Shown: piece by piece, positions 38,324-51,889 of the stretch
Position numbering within the stretch: the first letter of the stretch is position 1
How the letters are laid out: every line of letters begins with the position of its first letter
Source of the DNA: Chiloscyllium plagiosum
Lineage: Eukaryota
Direction of reading: 5' to 3'
Assembly (NCBI RefSeq): GCF_004010195.1
Contig: NC_057720.1
Location: 21,055,943 to 21,119,942 of the forward strand
Length of the DNA: 64,000 nt
Position numbers and translations under genes: made by a program
Notes under the pieces: generated by a model
Databases searched by the model: none
The model's input: the letters and a program-made list of their open reading frames with translations, nothing else
Told to the model about the DNA's origin: nothing

Positions 38324-38518
38324 CTTGATGGATGAGTATAAAAGCACACAGCTGTGACTTTGTGAGGCAAATAGAATTTCAATAGGACTTAGTCTCACTG
38401 AATACAACCAATATTTAAGTGATGTTTGACAACCATTCAAACCCACGAAACATGGACAGGTAAATCTTTGCAAGAAATCTTCAAAAAAATGTTGAATGCT
38501 TTTTTGTTTGAATTTGTT

Positions 38519-38629
38519 AATAAAATGATTGGGTTTAAATGTGTACTTTGTATGGCTATTCTGTAATGTACATTGAATTGATATTCTGAAATGTTTGGCT
38601 TTAAGATTGCAGTTCGGTCAATTATTAAA
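38519..38629 (+). terminator. Candidate RWDD3 polyadenylation signals
   Basis: AATAAA at 38519-24 and ATTAAA at 38624-29, in AT-rich sequence 200-300 nt after the stop and before the next LINE. Confidence 0.45.
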
Positions 38630-38739
38630 CTGCTCCTACACACAAAAGGAAGTACGTTTGACAATTCTGGAAAATGTTTGATAGAAACCTGGGAGCAGGA
38701 GTACGCCATTCTGCCCATCGAGCCTGCTCCACCATTCAG

Positions 38740-40220
38740 CTACATCTGGCTTTGATCTTTGAGTCGTCATTGTCTACAGGTTTAGTACCAGAGGACTGGA
38801 GGGTTGCAAATGTTGTGCCCCTGCTCAAGAAGGACAGTAGAGATGACCCAGATAATTATAGACCAGTGAGCCTTACATTTGTTGTAGAGAAAAGCTTTGG
38901 AAAGGATTATAAGAGAGGATTTATAATCATCTCGCAAGCAACAATTTGATTGCAGATAGTCAACATGGTTTTGTCAAGGGCAGGTCGTGTCTCACAAATC
39001 TCATTGAGTTTTTTGAGAAGGTGACCAAGCATGTGGATGAGGATAGGGCAGTTAACATGGTGTACATGGACTTCAGTAAAGCCTTTGATAAGGTTCTACA
39101 TGGTAGGCTGTTGGAGAAAATGCAGAGGCATGGGATTGAGGGTGATTTAGCAGTTTGGCTTAGAAACTGACTTTCTGTAAGAAGGCAATGAGTGATGGTT
39201 GATGGAAAATATTCAGCCTGGTGTCCGGTTACTAGTGGTGTGTCACAAGGATCACTTTTGGGACCACTGCTGTTTGTCATTTTTATAAATGACTTAGACG
39301 CAGGCATAGGTGGATGGATTAGTAAATTTGCAGACGACACTAAAGTTGGTGGAGTAGTGGACAGTGTGGAAGAATGTTACAGATTGCAGGGGGACTTGGA
39401 TAAACTGCAGAATTGGGCTGAGAGATGGCAAATGGAGTTCAATGCAGCTAAATGTAAAGTGATTCACTTTGGGAAGAATAACAGGAAGGTAGAATACTGG
39501 GTCAATGTAAAGATTCTTGGTAGTATGGATGTGCAGAGGGATCTTGGAGACCAAGTACATAGATCCCTGAAAGTTGCCACCCAGGTTGATAGTGCTGTTA
39601 AGAAGGTATTAGGTTTTATTGGTAGAGGGATTGAGTTCAGGAACCATATTGTCATGCTGCAACTATACAAACACTAGTGCGGCCGGACTAGGAATATTGT
39701 ATACAGTTCTGGTCGCCCCATTACAGAAAGGATGTGGAAGCATTGGAAAAGGTGCAGAGGAGATTTACCAGGATGTTGCCTGGTCTGGAGGGAAGGTCTT
39801 ATGAGGAAAGGCTGAGAGACTTGAACCTGTTCTCATCGAAAGAAGAAGGCTAACAGGGGTTTTGATAGAGACATACAAGATGATCAGAGGATTAGATAGG
39901 ACAGACCGTGAAAGTCTTTTTCTGAGGATGATGATGTCAGCTTGTACCCAGGGGCATAACTACAGATTTGAGGGGTGATAGATTTAAGACAGATGTCAGA
40001 GGCAGGTTCTTTACACAGAGTGGTAAGGGCGTGGGATGCCCTACCTGCCAATGTAGTTAACTCAGACACATTAAGGGCATTTAAACAATCCTTGGATAAG
40101 CACATGAATAATGATGGACTAGTGTAGGGGGATGGGTTTAGATTAGTTCACAGGTTGGCATGACATTGAGGGCCTGAGGGCCTGTTCTACATGTATTGTT
40201 CTGTGTTCTACATTCTATGA
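38740..40220 (+). mobile_element. CR1 RT + 3' UTR
   Basis: NYRPVSLT, QHGFVKGRSCLTNL, YMDFSKAFDKV and KFADDTK; (ttctatg)n-like tail. Confidence 0.92.
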
Positions 40221-40849
40221 TTGGTCATCTACCTTAATATCACTTTCCCACACTATCCCCAAGTCCCTTGATGTCTTTGCTATCTATAAATCTATTGGTA
40301 TCTGTCTTGAAACGTTCAGTGATTGAACTTCCACAGCTTTCTGAGGTAGAAGTTTCCAAAGATTTACCACCCTCTAACTGAAGAAAGTAGTCATCTTAGT
40401 GTTACGCTGGCACTGCATTATATTAGATTGGTTTTATGACAATGTTTTCAAGTGAAAGTCAATTCAATCTGTTGTTGCTGAAAATCTATATACAGGAAAG
40501 AGGCACTTTAGGGAGTGAGTTACTTCAGAATTCCCTGCTCATTGTATTTTATGGTTGGTCCAGTTCAGTTCCAGATCCGTGGTAACCTCCGGGATATTAA
40601 TGGCTTGAGAGTTGGTGATGGCATTGTCACTCAGTGGGAGGCAGCTAGATTGCCTTTTGTGGGAGACTGTTGATGACATCTTTACTGATAATTGAAAGTA
40701 GACAAAGTAGAGTAGGAATTGGCTAGGTTTTATTTGTGTTGCTTTTCGTGGATGGGACATTCCTAGACAATTTCTCACATTGCAGTTGTGACATTTTGTG
40801 GTCTTGCCAAGACTAATTTGACAAGAATGATCAGGCGATCCAGGATTTC

Positions 40850-42812
40850 CCAGAGAACAAACACAAGGTGTTCCTGAACTAGCAACTCCATCGAAACATG
40901 AGAGACAGGAAACAAGCCAATTGGCATCTGAAGACTGAGGTGTAACAACAAACCCATGACCTAAAGAGTCGATAGTGAGTGGAAAGACTGCAGGAAGCTC
41001 AGCAACTCCCGAATAACCACAATGTGCTAAGCTTTTTCACCGCAATCACAGTGGGAGGACAAAATTGCAGCGGAAAGGCACTCTTGACATGAATCCATAA
41101 CCTCATTGTCCTTGTCTGGATGGAGGGGAGCAAACTGGGAGATCTCAGGCACCATAATTGTCACTACCTTCAAGCAAGGAGTTAAAAATCTCACACCAGG
41201 TTATAGTCCAACAGGTTTAATTGGAAGCACACTAGCTTTTGGACCTGTTGGACTATAACCTGGTGTTGTGTGATTTTTAACTTTGTACACCCCAGTCCAA
41301 CACCAGCATCTCCAATTCAAGCAAGGAGACAGGATGACTGTGGAACGTACATGGGCTTTCCCTACTGCCCACTGTGGGAAAGGTCATCATGAGAATCCGC
41401 CTCAAGCTCCTCTTCCAAGTACTTGAATAACCCCTCATCAAATCTGAATGTAACTTCTGCCCATCAAAATGCACAATGGACAAAGCCAAGAAAAGTGCAT
41501 GGACCAGTACTAAGTTCTGTACTTGGCCTTCTTTGGTCTCTCAAAGGTTTTTGAGTCTGTCAGCCGTGAGGCATTGTAGAATATCCTCCTCAAATCCAAC
41601 TGCCTGCAGAAATTTGTCACCATTCTACCTGCTTCATGATGACATGCAAACTGTGATTCTCACCAATGGATCTTCACAGACCCATTATGAGTGCAGACTA
41701 GGGTCAGATAGGGCTGTGTTATTACACAAATTCTCTTCTCTATCTTTCTTGCCACAGCACTCCATCCTGTCTCCACGAATCTCCTTGCCAGAGTAGTGCT
41801 AACCTTTGGATGTGGGGAACTTTTGCCTCCAGGCTAGAACCAAGATCACCCAAACATATCATTGAGCTGCAATATGCAGATGTAACCCGCACATACACAG
41901 CCTCAAGAGGCCAAGATACAAACCACCATAGCTTTCACGTAGATGTATGGGAGAATGGGCCTCAGACTAAACATTCGGAAAACAAAGATTCTCTGCCAAT
42001 CCGCTCCTACCACTCAAAACTGCCCCTAACCATCAAAATCCATGACATCACTGGACAATGTGGATCTTTCCCCAGACCTTGAGAATCTCCTCTCACTATG
42101 AGCAGACATTGATGATGAAATCCAACATTAATTCCATGCACCAGGGCAGCCTTTGGATGCCTGAAGAGCAGAGTGTACAAAATATGAGATCTCAAACCCA
42201 GCACCAAGATCCGTGTCCTCATTCTCCTGTATGCATCAGAAGTATGGACATATATAGCAAATACCTCACACCGTGGAATATTATGCCCAACACTGCCTTT
42301 GTAAAATCCTGCAAATCCACTGGCAGGGTGTACCAACCTGAGCATTCTCTCCCAGGCCACTCATCCTCATATAGAGACACTTTTGTTACACACTACCAGT
42401 TGCGATGAGCAGGCCTGTTGTCCAAATGCCAAATACAGGACTCCCAAAACAACTGCTGTCCAAGCTCCACATGGTTAGCAATCACTAGGAAGGCAGAGGA
42501 AATGGTATAAGGACACCCTGAAAGCCTTCCTAAACATATGCAACATCCCCTCTGGCACACAAGATTCTCTTGTCCTGGAATGCACAAACTAGAGAAGAAA
42601 CACTTATGAAGTTGCCAACCACTTTGAGATTTATAGGGTGGAGCACATGGAGGCCGAGCACAGTCCAGAAGGTCCCACACACCCGCCTCATCAAACATAA
42701 TCTGCCCTACCCATAGCAGACTCTTTGGCTCCAGATTAGACAATGTAGCCACCTCAAAGCCCAACCCCCCAAGTGGGAGCAAGTCTTCTACACTGCTGAA
42801 GAAGAAGAAGAG
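40850..42812 (+). mobile_element. Decayed RTE-clade LINE
   Basis: IIELQYAD RT motif, RTE-like C-terminal remnants, (gaa)n 3' tail at ~42798-42811. Confidence 0.7.
41182..41315. mobile_element. Fold-back terminus of the second PLE family inserted in the RTE
   Basis: caccaggttatagtccaacagg ... cctgttggactataacctggtg in inverted orientation. TSD ttcaagcaaggag at 41169-41181 and 41316-41328. Confidence 0.82.
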
Positions 42813-44433
42813 CAGATCTTAATTCTTGAAAACCTTTTTAGATAACCAACATTGTTGAGATGGACCAGCCTATATTATATGGAAAGTCCAAAGTGATGTT
42901 TTTCTGAAGCCCCCAGAAGCCACCTGTCGCCTTGTAGTTGAGTGTCATTTTGCGGTCTTGCCAGGAAGGCAACATTTATGTGTTTAGTTTGCAATCCTCT
43001 CTCCTTTTTGCTGTATGCCTTGGGACTTCTTTCTGTCAGAAAGCCTCGGAATAACTTTTGGAGTTTTAAGAGCATCCTCTTCAATCAAGCTGGCACAACA
43101 GACAATATTTTTTTCATGTCACTCTCAAGTGATATGCAGCTAGTTTCTTCTTTGACCCTAAATCCATATGTGATCATGGAATTTTCTGTACACGTTCACA
43201 ATTGACAACAATACCTTTAACTGCAGTTGGGCACTCAAAACCTCATCTATTCCCACTACTAGTTAGTGCATGATTATTTCTTCGTTGGACATATCTTGTC
43301 TGCACTCAGTTTTCTGATAAACTGTAAAGGTCTGCTCTGAATGTTTCTGTACTGCAGTTTTATGGAGTTTGTTCCTGGAGGAAATTACATCTCTCTGGAT
43401 GGTGACATGTCCATCTAGCTTTCCTATCACACTTGCTGTGCTTTTTACTTTCATTATCTGTCAAGTTGAATGATGTGAGTACATATTCGCTGCTTCAACC
43501 GCCTTCCCTTAAATTACGCTTATCTAATTCCCAGTCTTAGAATCAGGTTTGATTCAGTGTGATCCCCAACTTGTTTTTGCAGCTTGGCCATTCATGAAGC
43601 TTGGGGAATAGTTTAATTTTTGGTTAAATGGAAAGGGGATAGAATTTTGATGTTCACAGTGTAGGAGATTTCGGCCATAATGTCTTTGCCAGTTTTTTGC
43701 AAGAACAATACACAATTAACTTCATTGTTGCCGTCACTCCATAGCCCCATAAATTCCTCTACTTCAGTTATTTACCTCATTTCCGTTAAAGAATTGTACA
43801 GTGGCCTGTGCCCTAATCACAGGTACTCCATGTGACAAAATGTTCCATACTTCAACAAGTCTGTGTGAAGTCCTTTTTCCACACCCCTCTCCTCACTACC
43901 AAATGGCAATTTAAAAAAGAGAACTCTGGTCAGTGATTGTTTAACCAGAGGAAATAATCTATTTTTTTCCCAATCAAAATCTTACCTCTTTTTAAGGATT
44001 GATCATATTAAAATGTTAATTTGGAAGAGACAGCAGCCCAGGTTTTTGCGGTAGAAGAAGGGGTGAGGCTATAGGTTTATTTTTATGAAAATTGGACAGT
44101 TAAATGTGGAAATCAGGAAACTTTTGAGGTTATTTGCTCCTTGAAAAGTTACGCTTTGGCTAGAATCTCATCAATCGATGCACCATTCAAACACATTGCA
44201 TAACCTGAAGTTATTGTTGTTATCTACCAGGTATCCAGTAAACTTACCAGGAAAAGCTATGGGCTTGTTCATTCTAGTTGAAGTATAGTTTTAAATCAGT
44301 CTTCATTTGGATAGATGGGAGTTTTCTGTGACGGGACGAGTACCTCTGATCCATTGCCCAGCCTCTGTCTCCAGTTTTAAACGTGGGTGCGATTCATTGG
44401 TCTCTGAAAGTTCTGAGTTCTTACTTCTGTCTC

Positions 44434-44460
44434 CTAGCAGATGGCAACGCCCCCTAGTGG
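44434..44460. promoter_or_regulatory. Paired CTCF-like motifs
   Basis: Plus CTAGCAGATGGCAA (44434-47) abuts minus CCACTAGGGGGCG (44448-60); the latter is near the CTCF consensus. Confidence 0.5.
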
Positions 44461-44510
44461 GCATACCCTGGTACTTCTCCTGAGCTAATGTGCTAAATGA
44501 ATTGAGAGTA

Positions 44511-44686
44511 CAGGGCAACCTCGATTATCCAAACATGATTATCTGAATTTCAGATTATCCAAACAAGATCTCAAGGTCCCAGTGCTTGGGTAAACTATTA
44601 TCCGAACATTCAATTATTCGAATATTCAATTATCCAAACAAAATTATTCCCACCCATGTGTTTTGGATGATCGAGATTGCACCCTG
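44511..44686. mobile_element. Tc1/mariner-pogo (Tigger-like) MITE
   Basis: TIRs cagggcaacctcgattatcc / ggatgatcgagattgcaccctg, TA on both sides, internal ttatccgaac-like repeats. Confidence 0.82.
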
Positions 44687-44720
44687 TATTATCAGCTTTG
44701 TTTGGTGCAGTTAGGGGATA

Positions 44721-45050
44721 GGAGGAAGTGATGGCCAAGTGGTAGTATCACTGTATGATTAACCTAGAGACCCACCTAATGTTCTTGAGTCCTGGGTTCG
44801 AATCCTGCCATGGCGGATAATGGAATTGGAATTCAATAAAAATCTGGCTAATGATGACCATGTTGGGAAAAACCCATCTGGTTCACCAATGCCAAGTAGG
44901 GAAGGAAACTGTCATCCTTAACTGGTCTGGCCTACATGTGACTCCAGACCAAAAGCAATGGGGTTGACTGAACTGCCCTTTTGGCATGTAGGGATGCGTA
45001 ATAACTGCTGGCCTAGCCAGCAACCCCATATTCCAAGAATGATTATTTTC
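44721..45050 (+). mobile_element. tRNA-derived SINE (second family)
   Basis: ggaggaagtgatggccaagtggta...gggttcgaatcc...tggtctggcctacatgtgactccagacc. Confidence 0.75.
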
Positions 45051-45627
45051 TAAAATCCATTCAAAGTGAGTGATGGAAGAGTCAGATGATCTTTGTAAAT
45101 TGACAGTGGACAGCAGGAACATGTGTAACACATCCAGGGCACTCCCCTAACTAAGTGACTTGCCACTTCGGAAAAGATTGGGACCACACCCAATGTCATG
45201 CCTTTGTTAACAATTAAATGAGAAAAATGCAGAAATGCTCCTGCTCACAGTAGACCTTTGTAAGTAACCCTCATCAAGAGGAAGGTACCTGAAAAAGAGT
45301 AGTCTTAATTACTGTCAAGTACTTTATCAGACACTGAATGTATGATTTAAAAATATGGAGTTTCATTTATTCAGATCTTAATAGTTGGACATTGTACATA
45401 ACTGGGGAAAAAAGTTCTATTTCTCTAATCCATTTTACTACCCATTTTTAAAATTCACTTTCTATATCTGATTTGATATTGAATATAATATTTTTATCTT
45501 AACCTTCCTAATTCATACTCTGTGTTGCTCATTAATGACATAGTGCATTGTGATAGTGGTAAACATAGTTGTCTTCCAAGCAGTTTACCTGGGATTGATA
45601 CCTGGCTGTCGCAAGGTTTCAATTTTA

Positions 45628-45985
45628 GGGTTGCACAGTGACTCAATGGTTAGCACTGCTGCCTCATAGCGCCAGACACCCGGGTTCGATTCTAGCCTCG
45701 CGTGTCTGTCTGTTTGGAAATTACCTGCTCTCCGTGTCTGTGTGGGTTTCCTCCAGGTGCTCCAGTTTCCTCCCATGGTCCAAATATGTGCAGGCTAGGT
45801 GGATTGACCATGCTAACTTGCCCACAGTATTCAGGGGTATGCAGGCTAGATGGATTGACCATGAAAATTGCAGGGTTACAGGAATAGGGTAACAGGTTGA
45901 GTCTTGTTTCAGTGTTGTTTGGAGGGTCAGTGTGCACTTGGTGGGTCACATGGGCTGCTTCCACACTGTAGGGATCTTATGACTC
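45628..45985 (+). mobile_element. HE1/V-SINE-type SINE
   Basis: tRNA head, V-domain and CR1-like tail. Confidence 0.85.
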
Positions 45986-47289
45986 TTCAGCCTGATTGCT
46001 GATGGAAATCCGGAGTTGTTTGTCCTGTTCAAATGTTCTGAAGAGAGGGCTACACTTTCCAACTGTTTAGCTGAGTGGAACAGCCAGTGCCAAAGCCAAT
46101 AGATAATGTGTTGTTAAGTGCAAATGAGCTCATCTAATCTCATTTTAACCTTTTATTGCTACAGTGACTGTTATACTGGTATCTCAATATATTTTCCATG
46201 ACCATCACTCTCCATCCTCGGCATATTCTTGATGAATCCGTGCATACTTTGTGGCTTTATTGTCCCTTTACAATGTGGTATTCAGATGGAGCAAAATGTT
46301 CTACCTGTGATCGAACTAACATTATGTGAAATTTAATGCTTCCTACTTTAATTTGCACACTTATTTCTTAAACTTACAATGTTATTGACATTTTGGGTCT
46401 TTACCTACCTGGGTCAACACTTTGCAGGAGCTAATCATTTCACTTGCCAGGTCCTCCTGTTCATTAACTTGTACAATATCTTATTTCACAAACTTAGGAC
46501 TTGATTTGACTATTCTAACGCAAATTTCAAACACGACTCATGAATGTCATGCTGGATGCACACATTGGACTGTGTTTTCCCCATCCTATGGAGATGTGTT
46601 TGAAGATGGGGGCAGAGAGTGTTAGCTAAGACATGGGACACTCTGTTGGGATGGCTTCCTGATACTGCCTTATCTCAGGGCAAGTTTCCCAGGCTGGGCT
46701 GGCATTGGGAGTTGGCACTATGGAGGTCAGTCATCAGGCAATCAGGGTCGCAATTAACGGCCATTTTCTCATGGCGATAAGTGGACCTATGACTGAGTCA
46801 TAAGGTTAAAACAGCCACAAATAGAACCACCTGCAAATGGTCCTGAGGTCAAGTTTCCAAAGCCTGCAGGATTAATCAGCCCATTGGATTGTATTTTCAG
46901 GCCCCCTCACCACGAAGTATGAGGAACCCACAGCCCACCACCTTCCTTGCTTCATGGAGCTATCCTCCATAATGCAATAGGTGGGCAGCTGCAAAATTAG
47001 CATCGCATACCCACCATGTTTCAATAAGTAATTGATGGGCAAGTGACCCATGCTATATGGTTGAAATAGTATATTATCTGCACCACAATACCGTTGGCAT
47101 GCGTAGGAGGTCAAGAGTGAGAAATCCACCATTTGGGCAAAAGTTGTAAAAAGGCAGAGGGAGGTGGATGCAGTTCATTCCTGTGCACATTGGGTACATC
47201 CCAAAAGATGTCATCCCAACTTCATTGCATCCCAACTGGCCTCCAAGACCAGGTGCTCCCCCACTGTCACCCTATTCCCCCTTAGCCTC

Positions 47290-47645
47290 ATCTAGAGTCA
47301 TAGGTTTCTACATCATGGAAACAGACTCTTTGGTCCAACCCGTCCATCTCGACCAGATATCCTAAATTAATCCAGTCCCATTTGCCAGCATTTGGCCCAC
47401 ATTCCTCTAAGCCTTTCCTATTCTTGAATCCATCCAGATGCCTTTCAAATGTTGTAATTGTACCAGCCTCCACCACTCCCTTTGGTAGCTTGTTCCATAC
47501 ACGCACTACCTTCTGTGTGAAAAAGGTTTCCCCGAGGTCCCTTGTAAATCTTACCCCTCTTACCTTTAACCTATGCCTTCTAGCTTTGGACTCCTCTACC
47601 CTGGGGAAAAGACCTTTGCTAATCACCCAATCCATGCCCCTCATT
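47290..47645 (-). mobile_element. CR1 3' fragment
   Basis: FFTQKVVRVWNKLP..FERHLD. Confidence 0.88.
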
Positions 47646-47884
47646 TCTTGGCTACCACATCCTTTGCCACCCTAAAAGCTCAGGGCAAATCTACCTCCGA
47701 AGTTCTTTGTGAGACTCCTTGCAGTTCCCACTGTTGGCGTTCAGATGGATCAGAAGGCTAATCTTAACTGAGAAGATGGCAAACAGCTGTCATGGGCACT
47801 GACAAAGTCTCACTCCTTTGCTTATTTTGTCTAACTGTAGTGTGTTAAGGTTGTGGGGCAGGCTTTTGTTAGGTGAGTTGGCTT

Positions 47885-48245
47885 TTTAAAAATTATTCTT
47901 TCATGGGACAAGGGTGTCGCTAGCTACACCAGCATTTATTGCCCATCCCAATCGCCGAGAGGGCAATTAAGAGTCAACCATGTTGCTGTGGCTCTGGAGT
48001 CACATGTAGGCCAGACCAGACCAGACAAGGATGGCAACTTCCCTCCCTAAAGGACATTAGTGAACCAGATGGGTTTTTCCTGATAATGGATTCATGGTCA
48101 TCATTAGACTTTTAATTCCAAATTTATTTTATTGAATTCAAATTCTATCATCTGCCTTGGTGGGAATCAAATCTGGGTTCCCAGAACATTACCTGAGTAT
48201 CTGGATTAACGATCAAGCGATAATCCCGTGAGGCCATTGTCTCCC
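47885..48245 (-). mobile_element. tRNA-derived SINE (second family)
   Basis: Reverse complement of the family at 44721. Older copies also at ~10876-11220 and ~14555-14895. Confidence 0.75.
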
Positions 48246-49289
48246 TTGTTTCCTTATTTTGATCCCAAATGTGTGGAGGGGTGGAGCAGAAGAAGAAACA
48301 ATCTTTCACCACCCCACTATCAAGTCCATCCCATTGTCTTGTGAGAAGCCCCTCACCAACTTGCACTAACACTTGTTGGCTTTAAATCTGACTTTGGAGA
48401 CTGTGAGTCCATGTGATTTTCCACCAGGAACTCTGAATAAATGTTGCTGGGCCTTAGAGAAAGGAAGCTTAATTAGACATATCGGTAAAAAAAAAATTCA
48501 TGCGGATCCATCCATATGTGTTCTGATTTTAGTCTGCTGATATTCCTGTGAAAATGGAAATGAGAACTGATACTCCCAGCCTGCATCTGAATCTGTTAGT
48601 TCGTGATAAGTAATACATTTTGGGATAATTATAATCCATAGCATTGGATTACATAGGAGAGGATAACAAATGATATAAAGACATAGAAGCAGTTAATTCA
48701 ATCCGAACGTCCATTTTACCATTTATAATCCATTTGAGCCTTTTCCCATTTTTCTTATCTAAGTCTACTATTCATAACCACCATTTATTCCTTTTGTGCT
48801 TCCCCCTTATCTCTTAAATACATGTATATTCCTCACCTTAACCACTCCCTGTGATAGGGAGATCTACATTCTCACCACTGTTTGGTGGAAGTTTCTTTTG
48901 TATTTCCTATTAGATTTTGTTTTGTGTGACTGTCATAGATTGATGTGCCTCTTCTCTATATCGAATGTCAAATGGCCAGAGACATTTATTAAATTACCCC
49001 TCCAGACTTCCTTTTCAAGTGTGAAGAGACTCAGCCTGTCAATATTTTCTTGATGTATATACCCAGGCACTCCTTGCATCATCCTTATCAATCATCTGTA
49101 CACTTTCTGCTTTGTTTTGATGTCCTTTTTATATTATGGAAACCTGAACTGAAAACAATACTGGAAGCATGGTCTAAATGAGGTTTGATGTGTGTTTAAT
49201 GTAATTTCGTTAGTTTAGCATAATTTCCATTCTATAGTAATTAAGAATGATTGAGAAGTACACTGGAAGTAATCGTTATACTTGCAGGA

Positions 49290-51690
49290 ATGTTCCAGGA
49301 TGCATTTGCTGTAGGAAGGATAGAAAGAGGGTCAAGAGAGAATAACATTTTTGATAAGGGATAACATTACTGCTGTACTTTGGAAGGATATTCCCAGGAA
49401 TACATCCAGGGAAGTTATTTGGGTGGAACTGAGAAATAAGAAAGGAGTGATCACCTCATTCAGATTATATTATAGACCCCCTATTAGTCAGCAGGAAATT
49501 GAGAAACAAAAATGTCAGGAAATTTCAGTTATCTGTAAGAAAAATAGAGTAGTTATGGTAGGGAATTTTAACTTTCCAAACATAGAATGGGACTGCCAAA
49601 GTTTTAAGGGTTTCGATGGAGAGGAATTTGTTAAGTGTGTACAAGAACCTTTTCTGGTTCAGGATGCAGATATTCTGACTAGAGAAGGTGCAAAACTTGA
49701 CCTGCTCTTGGGAAATAAGGCAGGGCAGGTGACTGAGGTGTCAGTGGGGGAGCACTTTGGGACCAGTGGCCATAATTCTATTAGATTTAAAATAGTGATG
49801 GAAAAGGATAGACCAGATCCAAAAGTTGAAGTTCGAAATTGGAGGAAGGCTAATTTTGACAGTATTTGGCAAGAACGTTCAAAAGCTGATTGGGGGCAGA
49901 TGTTCACAGGTAAAGGGATGGCTGGAAAATGGGAAGCCTTCAAAAATGAGGTAACCAGAGTCTAGAGACAATATATTCCTGTTGGATGACGAGAGAAATT
50001 GAGGTTTTGGTTAAGAAAAAGAAGAAAGCATATGTCAGGTATAGACAGGATAGATTGAGTGAATCTTTAGAAGAGTATAACAGCAGTAGGAGTATCCTTA
50101 AGAGAGAAATCAGGAGGGAAAAAAACAGGACATGAGATAGCTTTGGCAAATAGGGTTAAGGAGAATTCAAAGGGTTTTTATAAATACATTAAGGACAAAA
50201 GGGTAACTAGGGAGAGAATAGGGCTCCTCAAAGATCAGCAAGGCAGCCTCTGTGTGGAGCCGCAGGAGATGGGGTGATACTAAATGAGTATTTTGCATCA
50301 GTGTTTACTGTGGAAAAGGACATGGAAGATATAGACTGTAGGGAAATAGATGGTGACATCTTGAAAAATGTCCATATTATGGAGGAGGAAGTGNNNNNNN
50401 NNNNNNNNNNNNNNNNNNNNNNNNNNNNNNNNNNNNNNNNNNNNNNNNNNNNNNNNNNNNNNNNNNNNNNNNNNNNNNNNNNNNNNNNNNNNNNNNNNNN
50501 NNNNNNNNNNNNNNNNNNNNNNNNNNNNNNNNNNNNNNNNNNNNNNNNNNNNNNNNNNNNNNNNNNNNNNNNNNNNNNNNNNNNNNNNNNNNNNNNNNNN
50601 NNNNNNNNNNNNNNNNNNNNNNNNNNNNNNNNNNNNNNNNNNNNNNNNNNNNNNNNNNNNNNNNNNNNNNNNNNNNNNNNNNNNNNNNNNNNNNNNNNNN
50701 NNNNNNNNNNNNNNNNNNNNNNNNNNNNNNNNNNNNNNNNNNNNNNNNNNNNNNNNNNNNNNNNNNNNNNNNNNNNNNNNNNNNNNNNNNNNNNNNNNNN
50801 NNNNNNNNNNNNNNNNNNNNNNNNNNNNNNNNNNNNNNNNNNNNNNNNNNNNNNNNNNNNNNNNNNNNNNNNNNNNNNNNNNNNNNNNNNNNNNNNNNNN
50901 NNNNNNNNNNNNNNNNNNNNNNNNNNNNNNNNNNNNNNNNNNNNNNNNNNNNNNNNNNNNNNNNNNNNNNNNNNNNNNNNNNNNNNNNNNNNNNNNNNNN
51001 NNNNNNNNNNNNNNNNNNNNNNNNNNNNNNNNNNNNNNNNNNNNNNNNNNNNNNNNNNNNNNNNNNNNNNNNNNNNNNNNNNNNNNNNNNNNNNNNNNNN
51101 NNNNNNNNNNNNNNNNNNNNNNNNNNNNNNNNNNNNNNNNNNNNNNNNNNNNNNNNTTGCGTGCAATTCTGGTCTCCTTCCTATCGGAAAGACGTTGTGA
51201 AACCTGAAAGGGATCAAAAACGATTTACAAGGATGTTGCCAGGGTTGGAGGATTTGAGCTCTAGGGAGAGGCTGAACACGCTGGGGCTGTTTTCCCTGGA
51301 GCGTCGAATGCTGAGGGGTGACTTTATAGAGGTTTACAAAATTATGAGGGGCATGGATAGGGTAAATAGACAAAGTCTTTTCTCTGGGGTCGAGGAATTC
51401 CGAACTAGGCGGCATAGGTTTAGGTGAGAGGGGAAAAATGTAAAAGAGACCTAATGGGCACCTTTGTCATGCAAAGGTTGATGCGTGTGTGGAATGAGTT
51501 GCCAGAGGAAGTGATGGAAGCTAATGTAATTACAACATTTAAATGGCATTGGGATGGGTATGAATAGGAAGGATTTAGAGGGATATGGACCAAGTGTTGG
51601 CAAATGGGACTAGATTGGGTTAGGATATCTGATCGGCATGGATGAGTTAGACCAAAGGGTCTGTTTCCATGCTGTACGTCTCTTTGACTG
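49290..51690 (+). mobile_element. CR1 ORF2 spanning an N gap
   Basis: YYRPP, GNFNFPNIEW and SGHNSIRF before the gap; QFWSPSYRKD..RGDFIEVYKI and 3' UTR after it. Confidence 0.9.
50394..51156. other. Assembly gap
   Basis: Run of N. Confidence 1.
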
Positions 51691-51889
51691 TATGGCTTTA
51701 AGTGTGCATTGAATTGAATATTTAACATTGATACTTTTAAATGTTCAGATATGTCGGAGGGTACTGTCCAACAATTCATAGGAAGATAGAAGTGGCAGCA
51801 GAGTAGGTTATATGGTTCTACCATTCAGTAAGATCAAAAATAACTTTCAACTTCAACTCCACTTTCTCAATACACTTGCCTTCATTGCT

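Noticed and set aside
50228..51415. Long ORFs of 279-395 aa
   Set aside because: Artefacts of reading through the N gap inside a CR1.
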